From NCBI GenBank assembly GCA_965221955.1, contig CBDCTA010000029.1, positions 64,001 to 128,000 on the forward strand: DNA of 64,000 nt, in the 5' to 3' direction. This stretch comes from Gammaproteobacteria bacterium (GTDB lineage: Bacteria > Pseudomonadota > Gammaproteobacteria > UBA4575). Below are positions 1 through 9,351 of the stretch, one piece after another. Under the pieces are notes generated by a model. It was not told where the DNA came from, ran no database searches, and saw only the letters and a list, made by a program, of their open reading frames with translations. The position numbers were made by a program, and so were the translations under genes. Position 1 is the stretch's first letter, and each line of letters opens with the position of its first letter.

Positions 1-117
1 AATATTGCCGAAATAAAGATGTGTCAGTAAGGGTTGTTGAATGGGCAGCCTGTCCACATCTTCGCTGACCACGATGTCTAATGCAGCGGGGTCGTTCTTG
101 TCCAAATCTAAGCTCAT
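1..117 (-). CDS. Partial CDS (N-terminus only, runs off window start), product unknown
   Basis: Read manually: ATG at 117 opens MSLDLDKNDPAALDIVVSEDVDRLPIQQPLLTHLYFGNI with no stop to position 1; same strand as the upstream ABC operon. Confidence 0.4.
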   Translation of the reverse strand, partial: MSLDLDKNDPAALDIVVSEDVDRLPIQQPLLTHLYFGNI

Positions 118-212
118 GAAACTACTGTAGCGTGCTAGCTGATGTCTCGCTAGCAAGCAAAATTGATTTTAAGATTAATTTAACCGATTACTTGAAATGT
201 GCGTTAAGCATA

Positions 213-1572
213 TTATGTTCGGCGGCGGCGATGAATGCCAATAAATATCCCTGCTAGCAACACTGTAAGAGGCACGATCAGTAAATACGTGGCAGCAAGG
301 GTTGCGATGGCAGTATTGCTGAACTGAATTGAAACATCAGGCGGTCGATAGGGTAGTAGCGAGATGCGCTGGTCATCGTGGGTGAGCCACTGCAATACAC
401 TTACGATTAGTGTCAGATTTTCACCATGACCGATATAGGCATTGGCAGCAAAATCACTATCACCCATTAGCACCACACGTTGTTGAGTTTTTTTATCTAC
501 AACACGGCTGAGGCTTGCTGCGATAAGTAAAGGGCCTTCTGTATCACCTGTAGTACTGTCAAAAACGACGTTTTCACCGCTAAGAGCATTGGTCTCAGAC
601 CATGCACGAGGTAGCGAATAAAATAATGGCTTTGCTTGCCAGTTTTCGGGAGTGGAAATTGCAATGCCGCTAGCAAATGGAAATAAGGTTTGGTTTTTTA
701 AGTTAGCGGTGATGGTGTGTTGTTGATATTCGACCACGGGCACCACGGCTGGATGTTTAATTCCTAGAATAGAACGTAATTCTTGGTTAGCATCAATGAT
801 GGTGCCTTTCACCCAACTGAGGCCAAATGTGTTTGCTAATGAAGGGAGTGGTGAATTTTCATTAATCGGGTCAGATAACCACAGTAAATTTCCACCGGCT
901 TCTACATAATCTAAAATTAATTTTTCTTCACCTTCTAGCAACGCTGCTTGTGGTGCTGCAATCACTAATACAGCAACGTTGTCTGGTATTACTGTAGTTT
1001 GCAATAGATTTAAATCTTGAACTTCTACACCGCTAGATTCTAAAGTTTGTTTAAGCGTGCTATAGCCTTGGTTGTTTTCTTCGAAAGGGGTCACGTTCTC
1101 CATGACCGCTTAAAAAAGCCACCCAAGGTTTTTTCTGCCGGGTTAAGCGTTGCAAAGCGTTGGTAATTTCACTTTCAGAGATTACGTCTACGATTTCAAA
1201 ACGTCCTTTATAGTCGATACGTAGTTGATTGGGGTTATTTAGGTGTAGTTCTTTTGCTAGCTCAATTTGGGCATCAAGATCTAAAAACTTAAAATCAATT
1301 TCAGACTTAAATTTAAAATATTTATCAATTTGTCTCTTTATTGCCTGTCGCTCACTTGCTGCATTACGTGCTAGCACAGTCATTAATAAAGTGTCATCGA
1401 CTTGTTGTAAAATAGTGCGGCTGGTTTCTGTAAGTGTGTTGCGATTATCCCGCGTCCAATCAAATACGAAGTGATATTTTTGTGTTAACCATGCACAGAC
1501 ACTTATTATGGCAAATAAAAATAACAATTCAGTCCAGTTGCGGAAATACTTGTGTAATTTTTTAGCTGGCAT
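213..1572 (-). pseudogene. GldG-family ABC transporter auxiliary component, split by one frameshift near 1084-1090 (real lesion or sequence error)
   Basis: ORF 1060..1572 has DWTRDNRNTL and FLSGHGE motifs; ORF 213..1103 has LVIAAPQ...GGNLL...GDSDF and a C-terminal TM; removing one base in GACCCCTTTCGA gives GHGERDPFEENNQG. Confidence 0.8.
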
Positions 1573-2314
1573 TATTTAGTCTTAATCGTCTGATGCACAA
1601 GATTAAAAACAAAATGGTAAATAAAACAAAATATGCAATATGTTGAGTATCCACCGATCCAGTCAGTAGATTGGTTAAATGTGGAAAGTTAGATAAATAA
1701 AGAAATAGCTCACTGCTGCTGGCAGTAGCCGAGCCAGATAAATACAACATGACGAGTATTAATTGCAGACCAATAATGGCGGCGGTAGCAATAATTGGAA
1801 TACGTGTGAGATTTGCTATGAATAAAGCGGCTGCACTAAATGAACTGATAAATAAAAATACTGCTAAGCACGTTGCGGCTGTTTTGCCATAATCAATTTG
1901 TGTGAAGTAGCCAAGTATTAATGCGTAAGCACTACAAATGACTGTAAACGTTAGCGCTAGTAACACTAGCGCGAGGTATTTGCCTAATACGGTTTGCATT
2001 GCACTAATAGGCGCGCTGCTTAAAAGTAAATGACTACCAAAATAACGTTCTTCTGTGCTGCTACGTACTGCAAATAAGGGTACGAGTAAAATTCCCACTA
2101 CAGCCACCCAAAACATATAGGGCACAATGACTAAGTCAGTTAATCCAGGTGCGCGCTTTAAGCCAACAAGCTTTGCTTGTACTTCACTATAAAAATTATT
2201 CAACAAGATCAATAACAGCAAGCCTAATACGAACAAGGCAACTGCAAATAAAATCCACGCAATAGGAGTAAACCAAATACGTCTCAATTCATTTTGTGTA
2301 ATTGCCCAGGTCAT
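1562..2314 (-). CDS. ABC-2 type permease (GldF-like)
   Basis: About six TM segments, ELRRIWFTPIAW and EERYFGSHLLLSSAPIS...VLGKYLA motifs; between the ATPase and GldG-like genes. Confidence 0.85.
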   Translation of the reverse strand: MTWAITQNELRRIWFTPIAWILFAVALFVLGLLLLILLNNFYSEVQAKLVGLKRAPGLTDLVIVPYMFWVAVVGILLVPLFAVRSSTEERYFGSHLLLSSAPISAMQTVLGKYLALVLLALTFTVICSAYALILGYFTQIDYGKTAATCLAVFLFISSFSAAALFIANLTRIPIIATAAIIGLQLILVMLYLSGSATASSSELFLYLSNFPHLTNLLTGSVDTQHIAYFVLFTILFLILCIRRLRLNNAS

Positions 2315-3252
2315 ACTGAATCACGCATCACTAGATCAAGAAATACTTGTTCGAGTGAACCACCAATAGTGCCTATTTCATATAATTGCCAATCATTTTC
2401 TAGTGAACGCGCTTGTACTTTTTGAATAAATTCCATGTCATTATAACGACAAATATATTTTCCATATTGTGTACAACTTACTGACTCACATCCAGGGATC
2501 GCATTGAGATCTTCAATCGAAGGTTGGCCATTGAAACGAAGTTTTACACGCTTAGTTTGTTTATTGGTACTAGAGCTTTGGTTTAATTTTTCTAATGATT
2601 GGTCGAGTAATAATGAGCCTTGATCAATGATCAATACACGATCACAGGTGGTCTCAGCTTCGTTAAGTAAGTGTGTAGATAGCAATACACTGTGGTTTTT
2701 TGATAATTCACTTAACAGTTCACGAATATCTTGCATTTGCACAGGGTCTAAACCCACTGTAGGTTCGTCTAAAATGACCAAAGCGGGTTCGTGAATGATT
2801 GCTTGAGCAATGCCAACGCGTTGTTTATAGCCTTTAGATAAATGTGCAATCAGTTTTTTTTCTACTGATTCTAATGCACATATTTCTACTACCTGTTTAA
2901 TCCTGTTTTTAATTTCACTTTTGTTAACTTCATGTATGCGCGCAGCGAACTGCAAGTATTCATAAACTGTAAGTTCTCTATACAGAGGCGGCGTGTCAGG
3001 TAAGTAACCCAAATTGCGTTTTGCAAGCTTCGGGTGTTTAAAAATATTCTCACCACAAATACCCACATCGCCTGAATTCGGAATTAAATTACCCGTAATG
3101 ATATTCAAGGTTGTCGATTTACCTGCACCATTAGGCCCTAGTAGTGCGACGACTTCACCGCGGCAGATTTCAAAGCTGATATTTCCAATCGCTTTGTGAC
3201 CATCAAAATTACGCGATAAGTTTTGCACCGACAACAATGTTTCTTGTGTCAT
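2311..3252 (-). CDS. ABC transporter ATP-binding protein (GldA-like)
   Basis: Walker A GPNGAGKST, signature LSKGYKQR, Walker B VILDEPT. Confidence 0.93.
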   Translation of the reverse strand: MTQETLLSVQNLSRNFDGHKAIGNISFEICRGEVVALLGPNGAGKSTTLNIITGNLIPNSGDVGICGENIFKHPKLAKRNLGYLPDTPPLYRELTVYEYLQFAARIHEVNKSEIKNRIKQVVEICALESVEKKLIAHLSKGYKQRVGIAQAIIHEPALVILDEPTVGLDPVQMQDIRELLSELSKNHSVLLSTHLLNEAETTCDRVLIIDQGSLLLDQSLEKLNQSSSTNKQTKRVKLRFNGQPSIEDLNAIPGCESVSCTQYGKYICRYNDMEFIQKVQARSLENDWQLYEIGTIGGSLEQVFLDLVMRDSV

Positions 3253-3713
3253 ATAGCGGTTCTACAATAGAGGCTAAGCAAGCGATAGGTGGTTATAAAT
3301 AAACCTATTGATAGGTCGTTACAATAGTGCTGGGTATTACGCATATTTGGCAGAATGATTACTGGATTATACAAACATTTGTATATTGTGATGGTTTAGT
3401 TGCTGTTCGCAGTTGTAAATCAGCATACTTATATAGATCTAAATGTGAGCATGTCGATCATTATATAAGCTGAATAACTGATCAGCTGATGAATAATCAG
3501 CAACTTACAGAACCTGCTCTTGTGATTAGAAAAAATGCCACAATATAGCGATAAAGCCATTTGTTTATTTATGGCGGTCAGATATCAATAGTGCTACACC
3601 AATGATCATATGCTGCTTGCCCAAGAGGAATCTCAAGACGTATGATTTGCTTGTTGATAGGAAGCACAACTTGGAACACATAATAATAACAATAATTAAC
3701 TAGAGTCAATCAT

Positions 3714-4892
3714 ATGCTTAATGGACTAATTACTTTACCTTGGTGGGGCTACATTGTAGTCACACTAGTTCTTACTCACATCACCATTGTCTCTGTCACG
3801 CTATATCTGCATCGTTGCCAAGCTCATTGTGCACTAGACCTACATCCTCTGGTATCACACTTTTTTCGTTTTTGGTTGTGGGCGACTACAGGTATGGTAA
3901 CTAAAGAATGGGTGGCAATTCATCGCAAACATCACGCGAAAACAGAAACTGAGGATGATCCGCATAGCCCGCATACAAAAGGTATTGCAAAAGTTTTTTG
4001 GCAAGGCGCAGAGCTTTATCAAGAAGAAGCCAAAAATATGGAGACTATACAGAAATATGGTCACGGTACTCCAGATGATTGGCTAGAACGAAATTTATAT
4101 TCACGTTATAGCTTTATTGGTCTTAGTATTAGCTTTGTTTTAAATGTCATTTTATTTGGGCCTATTGGTTTGACTATTTGGGCAGTCCAAATGATTTGGA
4201 TACCATTATTTGCGGCAGGAGTGATTAATGGAATTGGTCATTACTGGGGCTATCGGAATTTTGAAACCGAAGATGGTTCAACCAATGTTATTAATCTTGG
4301 ATTTATTATTGGCGGAGAAGAGTTACACAACAATCATCATGCTTATCCAAGTTCTGCAAAGTTTTCGAGCAAATGGTGGGAAATTGATCTAGGCTGGTTT
4401 TATATTCAATTATTAAGTTTATTTGGTTTAGCAAAAGTTCGCAGACGTGCACCAAAGCCAATGCGCTTAATAAATAAAGACATTATTGATTTAGAAACTG
4501 CGAAAGCAATGGTGTCTAGTCAATTACATGTGATGGCCGAGTATGCACAAAAAGTTACTTTGCCGACTTTTCATGCCGAGCTACCCAATTTTGAAGATCG
4601 ATATAAAAAACTGGTGAGCCAAATGCGCACTGCATTAATACGTGAAGATAGCCGTATGAAGCCTTTGCATCGTGAACACTTGCAAGAACTATTACAAAAT
4701 AGTGAAGCATTGCATACTGTTTATGAATTTCGTCGTAAGCTACAAGCGCTTTGGAAAGAGACCCATGCCAGTCATGAACGCATGATTCAGGCCATTATCG
4801 AGTGGTGTAAAGAAGCCGAGGCGACCGGAATTAAAGTGCTAGAGGACTTTGCGCAGAGCTTACGAGGGTACGCATTACAGTCAGCGGTTTGA
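3714..4892 (+). CDS. desA: Membrane delta-9 fatty acid desaturase (DesA type)
   Basis: His boxes HRCQAH, HRKHH, HNNHH; DDPHSP motif; C-terminal helical extension typical of proteobacterial DesA. Confidence 0.88.
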   Translation: MLNGLITLPWWGYIVVTLVLTHITIVSVTLYLHRCQAHCALDLHPLVSHFFRFWLWATTGMVTKEWVAIHRKHHAKTETEDDPHSPHTKGIAKVFWQGAELYQEEAKNMETIQKYGHGTPDDWLERNLYSRYSFIGLSISFVLNVILFGPIGLTIWAVQMIWIPLFAAGVINGIGHYWGYRNFETEDGSTNVINLGFIIGGEELHNNHHAYPSSAKFSSKWWEIDLGWFYIQLLSLFGLAKVRRRAPKPMRLINKDIIDLETAKAMVSSQLHVMAEYAQKVTLPTFHAELPNFEDRYKKLVSQMRTALIREDSRMKPLHREHLQELLQNSEALHTVYEFRRKLQALWKETHASHERMIQAIIEWCKEAEATGIKVLEDFAQSLRGYALQSAV

Positions 4893-4956
4893 ATCTTTTT
4901 TATTTCTGGCAAGAAGTGAACGTTCAATTCACTAAATCATAGTCATCAAGTTAGTT

Positions 4957-5205
4957 GTTCGTTTTCTTTGCTTGTTCAAAGAAAACGAACCAAAAGAAAA
5001 GTGTTCTTGTAAGATTTAAAATATCAACATTAATACATTAATTACACGTCGTTCCCACCAACTTGCTCTTCGAGTACGTTCGTAATATCTAACAACCTTG
5101 GTTGGCATGATGATGTCATCCAGGCACAACATGCCTAAATCAACCATCCTTGGCTGATTTACCTGCAGTTGTTTCGAGTTTACTCACCAAGTTGAACGGG
5201 ATTCA
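4957..5205. repeat. Multi-hairpin intergenic element (MITE/REP-like)
   Basis: Perfect 14-bp stem GTTCGTTTTCTTTG/CAAAGAAAACGAAC (4957-4990) followed by CAAAAGAAAA; two adjacent hairpins with CATCC loops (5104-5135, 5136-5161). Confidence 0.55.
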
Positions 5206-5216
5206 GAAGTGCTTTG

Positions 5217-5246
5217 AATGCCTGCTTTCGGCCAATAGCGGACATT
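5217..5246 (-). repeat. 30-bp palindromic site, type B (core TGGCCG on gene strand)
   Basis: + strand AATGCCTGCTTT-CGGCCA-ATAGCGGACATT; 7 bp downstream of the stop of 5254..5712. Confidence 0.85.
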
Positions 5247-5253
5247 TAAAACT

Positions 5254-5712
5254 TTAAGAGAATAAAGCCGCAATTGATTGAAGCAATACATCAAAAGCCA
5301 CAATTGCACCGACATCCCTCCTCATCCCATCACTTTGCTTTATTTGATAGTCTCTAGAAGAATATGGCTTTTGCAAATTTGGCATTACATAATTTAATTC
5401 ACCTTTGTCGAAATAAACCCCACAACAGAATTCACAAAAATCTAATTCAATTCCACTAACCATTACAATATTTAGAGGTTTTGTATCACATAGTGGGCAA
5501 TTTCTAGTATCAGACAGATTTTGATTATCTTTAGAATATTGAACTAATTCGTCAATTTTGATTTTACTTTTCTGTGTTTCAATAAGCCTGGAAACACTAA
5601 CGCCACTAAGCCAAACTCCTTTACAGTTCTTGCATTCCTTAATAATTGTTGTATCTACTGGATAGCTAACTGATTTTGTATCCATATTGAATTTACAACT
5701 TGGACAATTCAT
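5254..5712 (-). CDS. Tandem zf-TFIIB-type zinc-ribbon protein (accessory)
   Basis: Two units: CPSC...CKNCKGVWL and CPLC...CEFCCGVYFDKGEL. Confidence 0.8.
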   Translation of the reverse strand: MNCPSCKFNMDTKSVSYPVDTTIIKECKNCKGVWLSGVSVSRLIETQKSKIKIDELVQYSKDNQNLSDTRNCPLCDTKPLNIVMVSGIELDFCEFCCGVYFDKGELNYVMPNLQKPYSSRDYQIKQSDGMRRDVGAIVAFDVLLQSIAALFS

Positions 5713-5735
5713 CTTATCAATATTACTTATCTGTT

Positions 5736-5765
5736 AATGTCCGCTTTGGGTCGTTAGCGTCCGTT
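5736..5765 (-). repeat. 30-bp palindromic site, type A (core CGACCC on gene strand)
   Basis: + strand AATGTCCGCTTT-GGGTCG-TTAGCGTCCGTT; 23 bp upstream of ATG 5712. Confidence 0.85.
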
Positions 5766-5783
5766 AAATTTTATGAAGTCGCT

Positions 5784-6019
5784 TCATTGTGTATTGTTCC
5801 CACTAAGTCTCCTTCCTATACGGATCAGAATAAAGCCAATTACAAACCCAATCCCACCAATCGTTACAATAGTTACTAGTTCTCCAACTCCCTCACGACC
5901 ACCCGTACCCTGATTGCACCCATTAAATATATCGCTCCAAAACCAAGTCCAATAGTGCCTACAGCAAATACTAACAATGCACCACTACCAATAAAGATAA
6001 TGCAAAATAGCTTTTTCAT
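5784..6019 (-). pseudogene. Small two-TM membrane protein (about 78 aa) with an apparent 1-bp frameshift near 5911; not in the ORF track
   Basis: ATG 6019 gives MKKLFCIIFIGSGALLVFAVGTIGLGFGAIYLMGAI; a shifted frame continues QGTGGREGVGELVTIVTIGGIGFVIGFILIRIGRRLSGNNTQ-stop at 5784. Confidence 0.55.
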
Positions 6020-6043
6020 GATTAGTGTAAATTTTTACTATCT

Positions 6044-6073
6044 AATATGCGCTTTGGGACATTTGATTGGCAT
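6044..6073 (-). repeat. Degenerate type-A palindromic site
   Basis: AATATGCGCTTT-GGGACA-TTTGATTGGCAT; gene-proximal arm recognisable; 24 bp upstream of ATG 6019. Confidence 0.45.
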
Positions 6074-6210
6074 AATTAATCCTTATTACTTTGATTAATT
6101 GCAATATCTTGAAGACCGCTATATGAGTTGATAGTGTAACTATTAACAGGGAGCCATAAATAAGAAGGCCGGTTGCTTAGTGGGTGATTGGCCTTTTTAT
6201 ATATAAACAA

Positions 6211-6240
6211 TTAATTATCATTCGGCCAATAGCGGTCATA
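6211..6240 (-). repeat. Type-B palindromic site (distal arm decayed)
   Basis: TTAATTATCATT-CGGCCA-ATAGCGGTCATA; 2 bp downstream of the stop at 6243. Confidence 0.75.
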
Positions 6241-6242
6241 AA

Positions 6243-6681
6243 CTAATTAAGTTTCATCATATCTAAAAAGCCAAGCTGCTTCATTGAAGTATAGTTGTCC
6301 CACTCTACCCATACCTCTACTATAATCCCGTCTTCAATTCGATACATGGCTAAATATTCAAAATCCACATCTTTATGTGAAATTGGATAAGGCCCCATTT
6401 CACCAAGTTGGGTTCCTTTAAATCTATGGCGTTGCAGCAACTTTATTTCCTTCTGCAATTAAATCTAAAATTTGATCTTTAAATTTTGGAAAAATTTTAT
6501 GTTGCGTACGCAAAAACTGAATTAAATCACCTCGGCACCTAACAACAGGTTCGCCAGCAGCAAAGCTATGTCGAATGAATCCATCAGATAAAAGATTATC
6601 AAGCCGGTCCCAGTTGTACGAGTTGATAACATCAGTATATTCGCGAACTAATGCCTTGTTATGCTCGATGTTGTTATCCAT
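6243..6681 (-). pseudogene. SnoaL-like ester cyclase (NTF2 fold), one frameshift near 6432
   Basis: HNKALVREY...LIAEGNKVAA joins RHRFKGTQLGEMGPYP...YRIEDGIIVEVWVEWDNYTSMKQLG if one A is removed from GCAACGCCAT. Confidence 0.8.
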
Positions 6682-6723
6682 ATTTAAAAACTAGCAAATA
6701 AGCTTGAATTTTAGCGAAGCCTT

Positions 6724-6753
6724 CATGTCCGCTTTGGGTCGAAAGCGGACATT
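6724..6753 (-). repeat. 30-bp palindromic site, type A (near-perfect arms)
   Basis: CATGTCCGCTTT-GGGTCG-AAAGCGGACATT; 42 bp upstream of ATG 6681. Confidence 0.9.
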
Positions 6754-6789
6754 ATAAACCAAATCATCTATCTCTTAATCGGGCATTAC

Positions 6790-6992
6790 ATCACGCTGAG
6801 AAGCGCAAGGTATTTTCAGACCAAGGCGAGCGCTGCTTGAGCGTAGCGAGTTTGCGAAGCCGTTGAAAATATCGAGCATTCGAGGTTCGAATAGCAAGTA
6901 AATGATGCTTCACAATCTGCTCAGTTATTTGCGATCTCGTGATGTTGAGCGCAATGATTTTGGGTACTTTTGGCGAAACAAAAGTACCTTGC
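6790..6992. repeat. Multi-hairpin intergenic element (MITE/REP-like)
   Basis: GC-richer stretch with TATTTTCA...TGAAAATA pairing around TTGAGCGTAGCGAGTTT; terminal 10-bp stem GGTACTTTTG/CAAAAGTACC (6963-6988). Confidence 0.5.
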
Positions 6993-7078
6993 TCTCTAAG
7001 AGCAAGTGTTGAATAAAAGAATAGGAACTTATGGAGAGAGCGAAAAAGTACTCAGTGGTACTTATGGATACAAAATAA

Positions 7079-7246
7079 TTACTTAATTTTTGCTTCTTTA
7101 TACATGACATGTTTCCTTACAACTGGATCATATTTTTTGATCTCAAGTTTTTCGGTCATGGTGCGTTTGTTTTTGCTAGTGGTGTAGTAATGTCCTGTAC
7201 CTGCACTTGATACAAGTTTGATTTTTTCGCGAACTGATTTTGCCAT
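7079..7246 (-). CDS. rpmG: 50S ribosomal protein L33 (not in ORF track, 55 aa)
   Basis: Manual translation [55 protein letters not shown]; directly downstream of rpmB. Confidence 0.97.
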   Translation of the reverse strand: MAKSVREKIKLVSSAGTGHYYTTSKNKRTMTEKLEIKKYDPVVRKHVMYKEAKIK

Positions 7247-7259
7247 GAGTTAAATTCCC

Positions 7260-7496
7260 TTATACTTTGATACCGCGTTTGCGTACATCCGCAAGTACTT
7301 CATCAATGCCTTTTTTGTCGATAATGCGCATACCTTTTGAAGACACACGTAGTTTTACCCACTTGTTTTCACTTTCCACCCAGAAACGGTGTGACTGAAT
7401 ATTAGGCATAAAGCGACGGCGTGTTTTATTATGGGCATGGGAAACGTTATTACCTGCCTTGGGTCGTTTTCCAGTAACCTGACATACACGAGACAT
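7260..7496 (-). CDS. rpmB: 50S ribosomal protein L28
   Basis: [29 protein letters not shown]. Confidence 0.98.
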   Translation of the reverse strand: MSRVCQVTGKRPKAGNNVSHAHNKTRRRFMPNIQSHRFWVESENKWVKLRVSSKGMRIIDKKGIDEVLADVRKRGIKV

Positions 7497-7634
7497 AATA
7501 TTTACTCAAAATCCATTCAAATAGGGCGCGTGAAGATAACAGAATCACCATATTGGCTCAAGCCAAGACAGTCTAGAATGGGTTAGAAAAGCAGGTTCTA
7601 CCTACAAAAACCCAAAAACACGTATAGTTAGCTA

Positions 7635-7991
7635 ATGGACACAATATTTCTGCGGGATTTAGAGATTGATGCCACTATCGGTATCTTTGAATGGGAGAAG
7701 CGCATCAAGCAAAAGGTGCGTATTGACCTGGAAATGGCCTCAGATATTGCCAAGGCGGCGGCAAGCGACTCCATAGACGACACCTTGGATTATAAGGCGA
7801 TATCTAAGCGTATCATCCAGTTCGTTGAAGACAGCCAGTATGAGCTGATCGAGACATTGATTGAGAAGGTAGCTGAAATACTGCTGAATGAATTCAACAT
7901 TCCTTGGGTGAGAGTTACCATCAGCAAGCCTGGAGCCGTACGAGGCTCACGCGATGTTGGCATCATTATCGAACGTGGTGAGCGAAACTAG
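7635..7991 (+). CDS. folB: Dihydroneopterin aldolase
   Basis: IGIFEWEKRIKQ, LDYK, LIETL, KPGAV motifs. Confidence 0.95.
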   Translation: MDTIFLRDLEIDATIGIFEWEKRIKQKVRIDLEMASDIAKAAASDSIDDTLDYKAISKRIIQFVEDSQYELIETLIEKVAEILLNEFNIPWVRVTISKPGAVRGSRDVGIIIERGERN

Positions 7992-8515
7992 TGGCTCGCG
8001 TCTATGTCAGCATCGGTAGCAATATCGACACCCAAAATTAGAAAAAAATATTCTTTCATCGGTAGTAATATGAAAAAAATATTCTTTCATCTGTAAAAGC
8101 TCTGCAAGAACATTATGGTGAGTTGGAGATTTCCAATGTCTATGAAACCCAAGCGGTAGGATTTGAAGGCGATGATTTTCATAACTTAGTGGTGAGTTTT
8201 GATACCGATGAATCGCCTTTAGAAATTGCCCAAGTATTAAAACAAATCGAAGCTGATCATGACCGCACACGCGGCAAAGAAAAGTTTGAATCCCGCACTT
8301 TAGATTTAGATCAATTGTTATATGGTGATTTAGTCATGCAAATGGAGGGCGTGAATGTACCGCATCCGGATATTTTGCGTTACAACTTTGTGCTTAAACC
8401 ACTCGCCGATTTGGCTGGTGATGTAGAACATCCTGAAGAAGAAAAAAGCTGTAATGAACTTTGGAATGAATTTGGAGAAAAGGGTGGAATGAAAGTAGTG
8501 GAGTATGATTTTTAA
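7991..8515 (+). pseudogene. folK: 2-amino-4-hydroxy-6-hydroxymethyldihydropteridine pyrophosphokinase, disrupted near the 5' end by a short duplication
   Basis: GTG 7991 gives VARVYVSIGSNID, then a stop at about 8039 inside a duplicated stretch; downstream frame has SNVYET, RTLDLDQLLYG, VPHP, FVLKPL. Confidence 0.85.
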
Positions 8516-8605
8516 TCTCAATCTTCGACTAATTTTGGTGAGCGCAAAGATACGCTAATAAGAGGCACGTCATGTAAGATGCGGACAGATAATTCTGTAT
8601 TAATA

Positions 8606-8635
8606 AATGCCCGCTAACGGCCATTCAGGAAAACT
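8606..8635 (-). repeat. Degenerate type-B palindromic site
   Basis: AATGCCCGCTAA-CGGCCA-TTCAGGAAAACT; exact B core and one good arm; downstream of ppa. Confidence 0.55.
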
Positions 8636-8674
8636 ATTATTCTAAAGCTAAGACTAAGTAGTTATTTTTTAGAC

Positions 8675-9286
8675 TTAACTATCCCCAAATATCTCAGAAT
8701 AGTCTTCAATAGCAGCTGTTATTACAGACACAGCATGTGCATGATCATAAGGCTCACCGACGTGGACACTTTGCTCTTCACCAGAAAGAACCTTGTATGT
8801 AGTGAAATAATGTCTTAGGCGATCTATCATCGAAGCAGGTAACTCGGATAGTTCTCGAATTTCATTCCACATGCCGTCGTTATCAAGTATGGCAATAATT
8901 TTATCGTCCGCTTCGCCACCATCTAACATTGGAAGTCCACCAACAACACGTGCATTAAGAAGAACTTCTGAGCGCGTTATTGGACGTTCACTTATTACAC
9001 ATATGTCCAAAGGGTCTGAATCACCAGTTTTAGCATTGTCCATAAGTGCTCGTACGCGTTCACCACAATAGGTTCTGGGTATAAAACCATAGAGAGTTGG
9101 TGGAAGAGATGATGTGCGATGTGGTCGGTCTACTCGCAGGTATCCTGTATCTTTATCTATTTCATATTTCATCAAGTCAAAAGGTGTAATTTCGATATAA
9201 GCATAGACCAATGAGGGTGGGTTCGGTCCAACTTCAAGTCCATGCCATGGGTGTGGTCGCCACTGGTTAAATGTTGTTTTTTTCAT
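8675..9286 (-). CDS. ppa: Inorganic pyrophosphatase, family I
   Basis: [40 protein letters not shown] motifs. Confidence 0.93.
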   Translation of the reverse strand: MKKTTFNQWRPHPWHGLEVGPNPPSLVYAYIEITPFDLMKYEIDKDTGYLRVDRPHRTSSLPPTLYGFIPRTYCGERVRALMDNAKTGDSDPLDICVISERPITRSEVLLNARVVGGLPMLDGGEADDKIIAILDNDGMWNEIRELSELPASMIDRLRHYFTTYKVLSGEEQSVHVGEPYDHAHAVSVITAAIEDYSEIFGDS

Positions 9287-9301
9287 TGCGCTTGGTTACA
9301 G

Positions 9302-9340
9302 GAAAATAGTAATTAATCATTTTGATTAATTACTATTTTC
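9302..9340. repeat. Perfect 18-bp AT-rich inverted repeat
   Basis: GAAAATAGTAATTAATCA-TTT-TGATTAATTACTATTTTC, 15 bp upstream of the ppa start. Confidence 0.8.
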
Positions 9341-9351
9341 AGTTAATTGAG

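Noticed and set aside
213-3252. Gliding-motility machinery
   Set aside because: GldA/F/G-like ABC systems are widespread outside Bacteroidota, and no other gld/spr genes are present.
4440-4892. Transposase-like C-terminal region of the desaturase
   Set aside because: This extension is a normal part of proteobacterial DesA-type proteins; no catalytic transposase core or IS ends are visible.
5217-6753. CRISPR array interpretation of the 30-bp repeats
   Set aside because: Spacing is irregular (about 140-490 bp), the intervals contain whole genes, the repeats come in two core types, and no cas genes are present.
5217-6753. Integron attC / CALIN or Xer pdif interpretation
   Set aside because: The sites are only 30 bp, lack consistent RYYYAAC...GTTRRRY ends, and do not resemble the XerD arm TTATGTTAAAT; no intI is in the window. 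A distant relationship is not excluded.
6925-7110. 61-aa ORF
   Set aside because: It overlaps the rpmG 3' end in another frame and runs through a hairpin repeat; no protein-like features.
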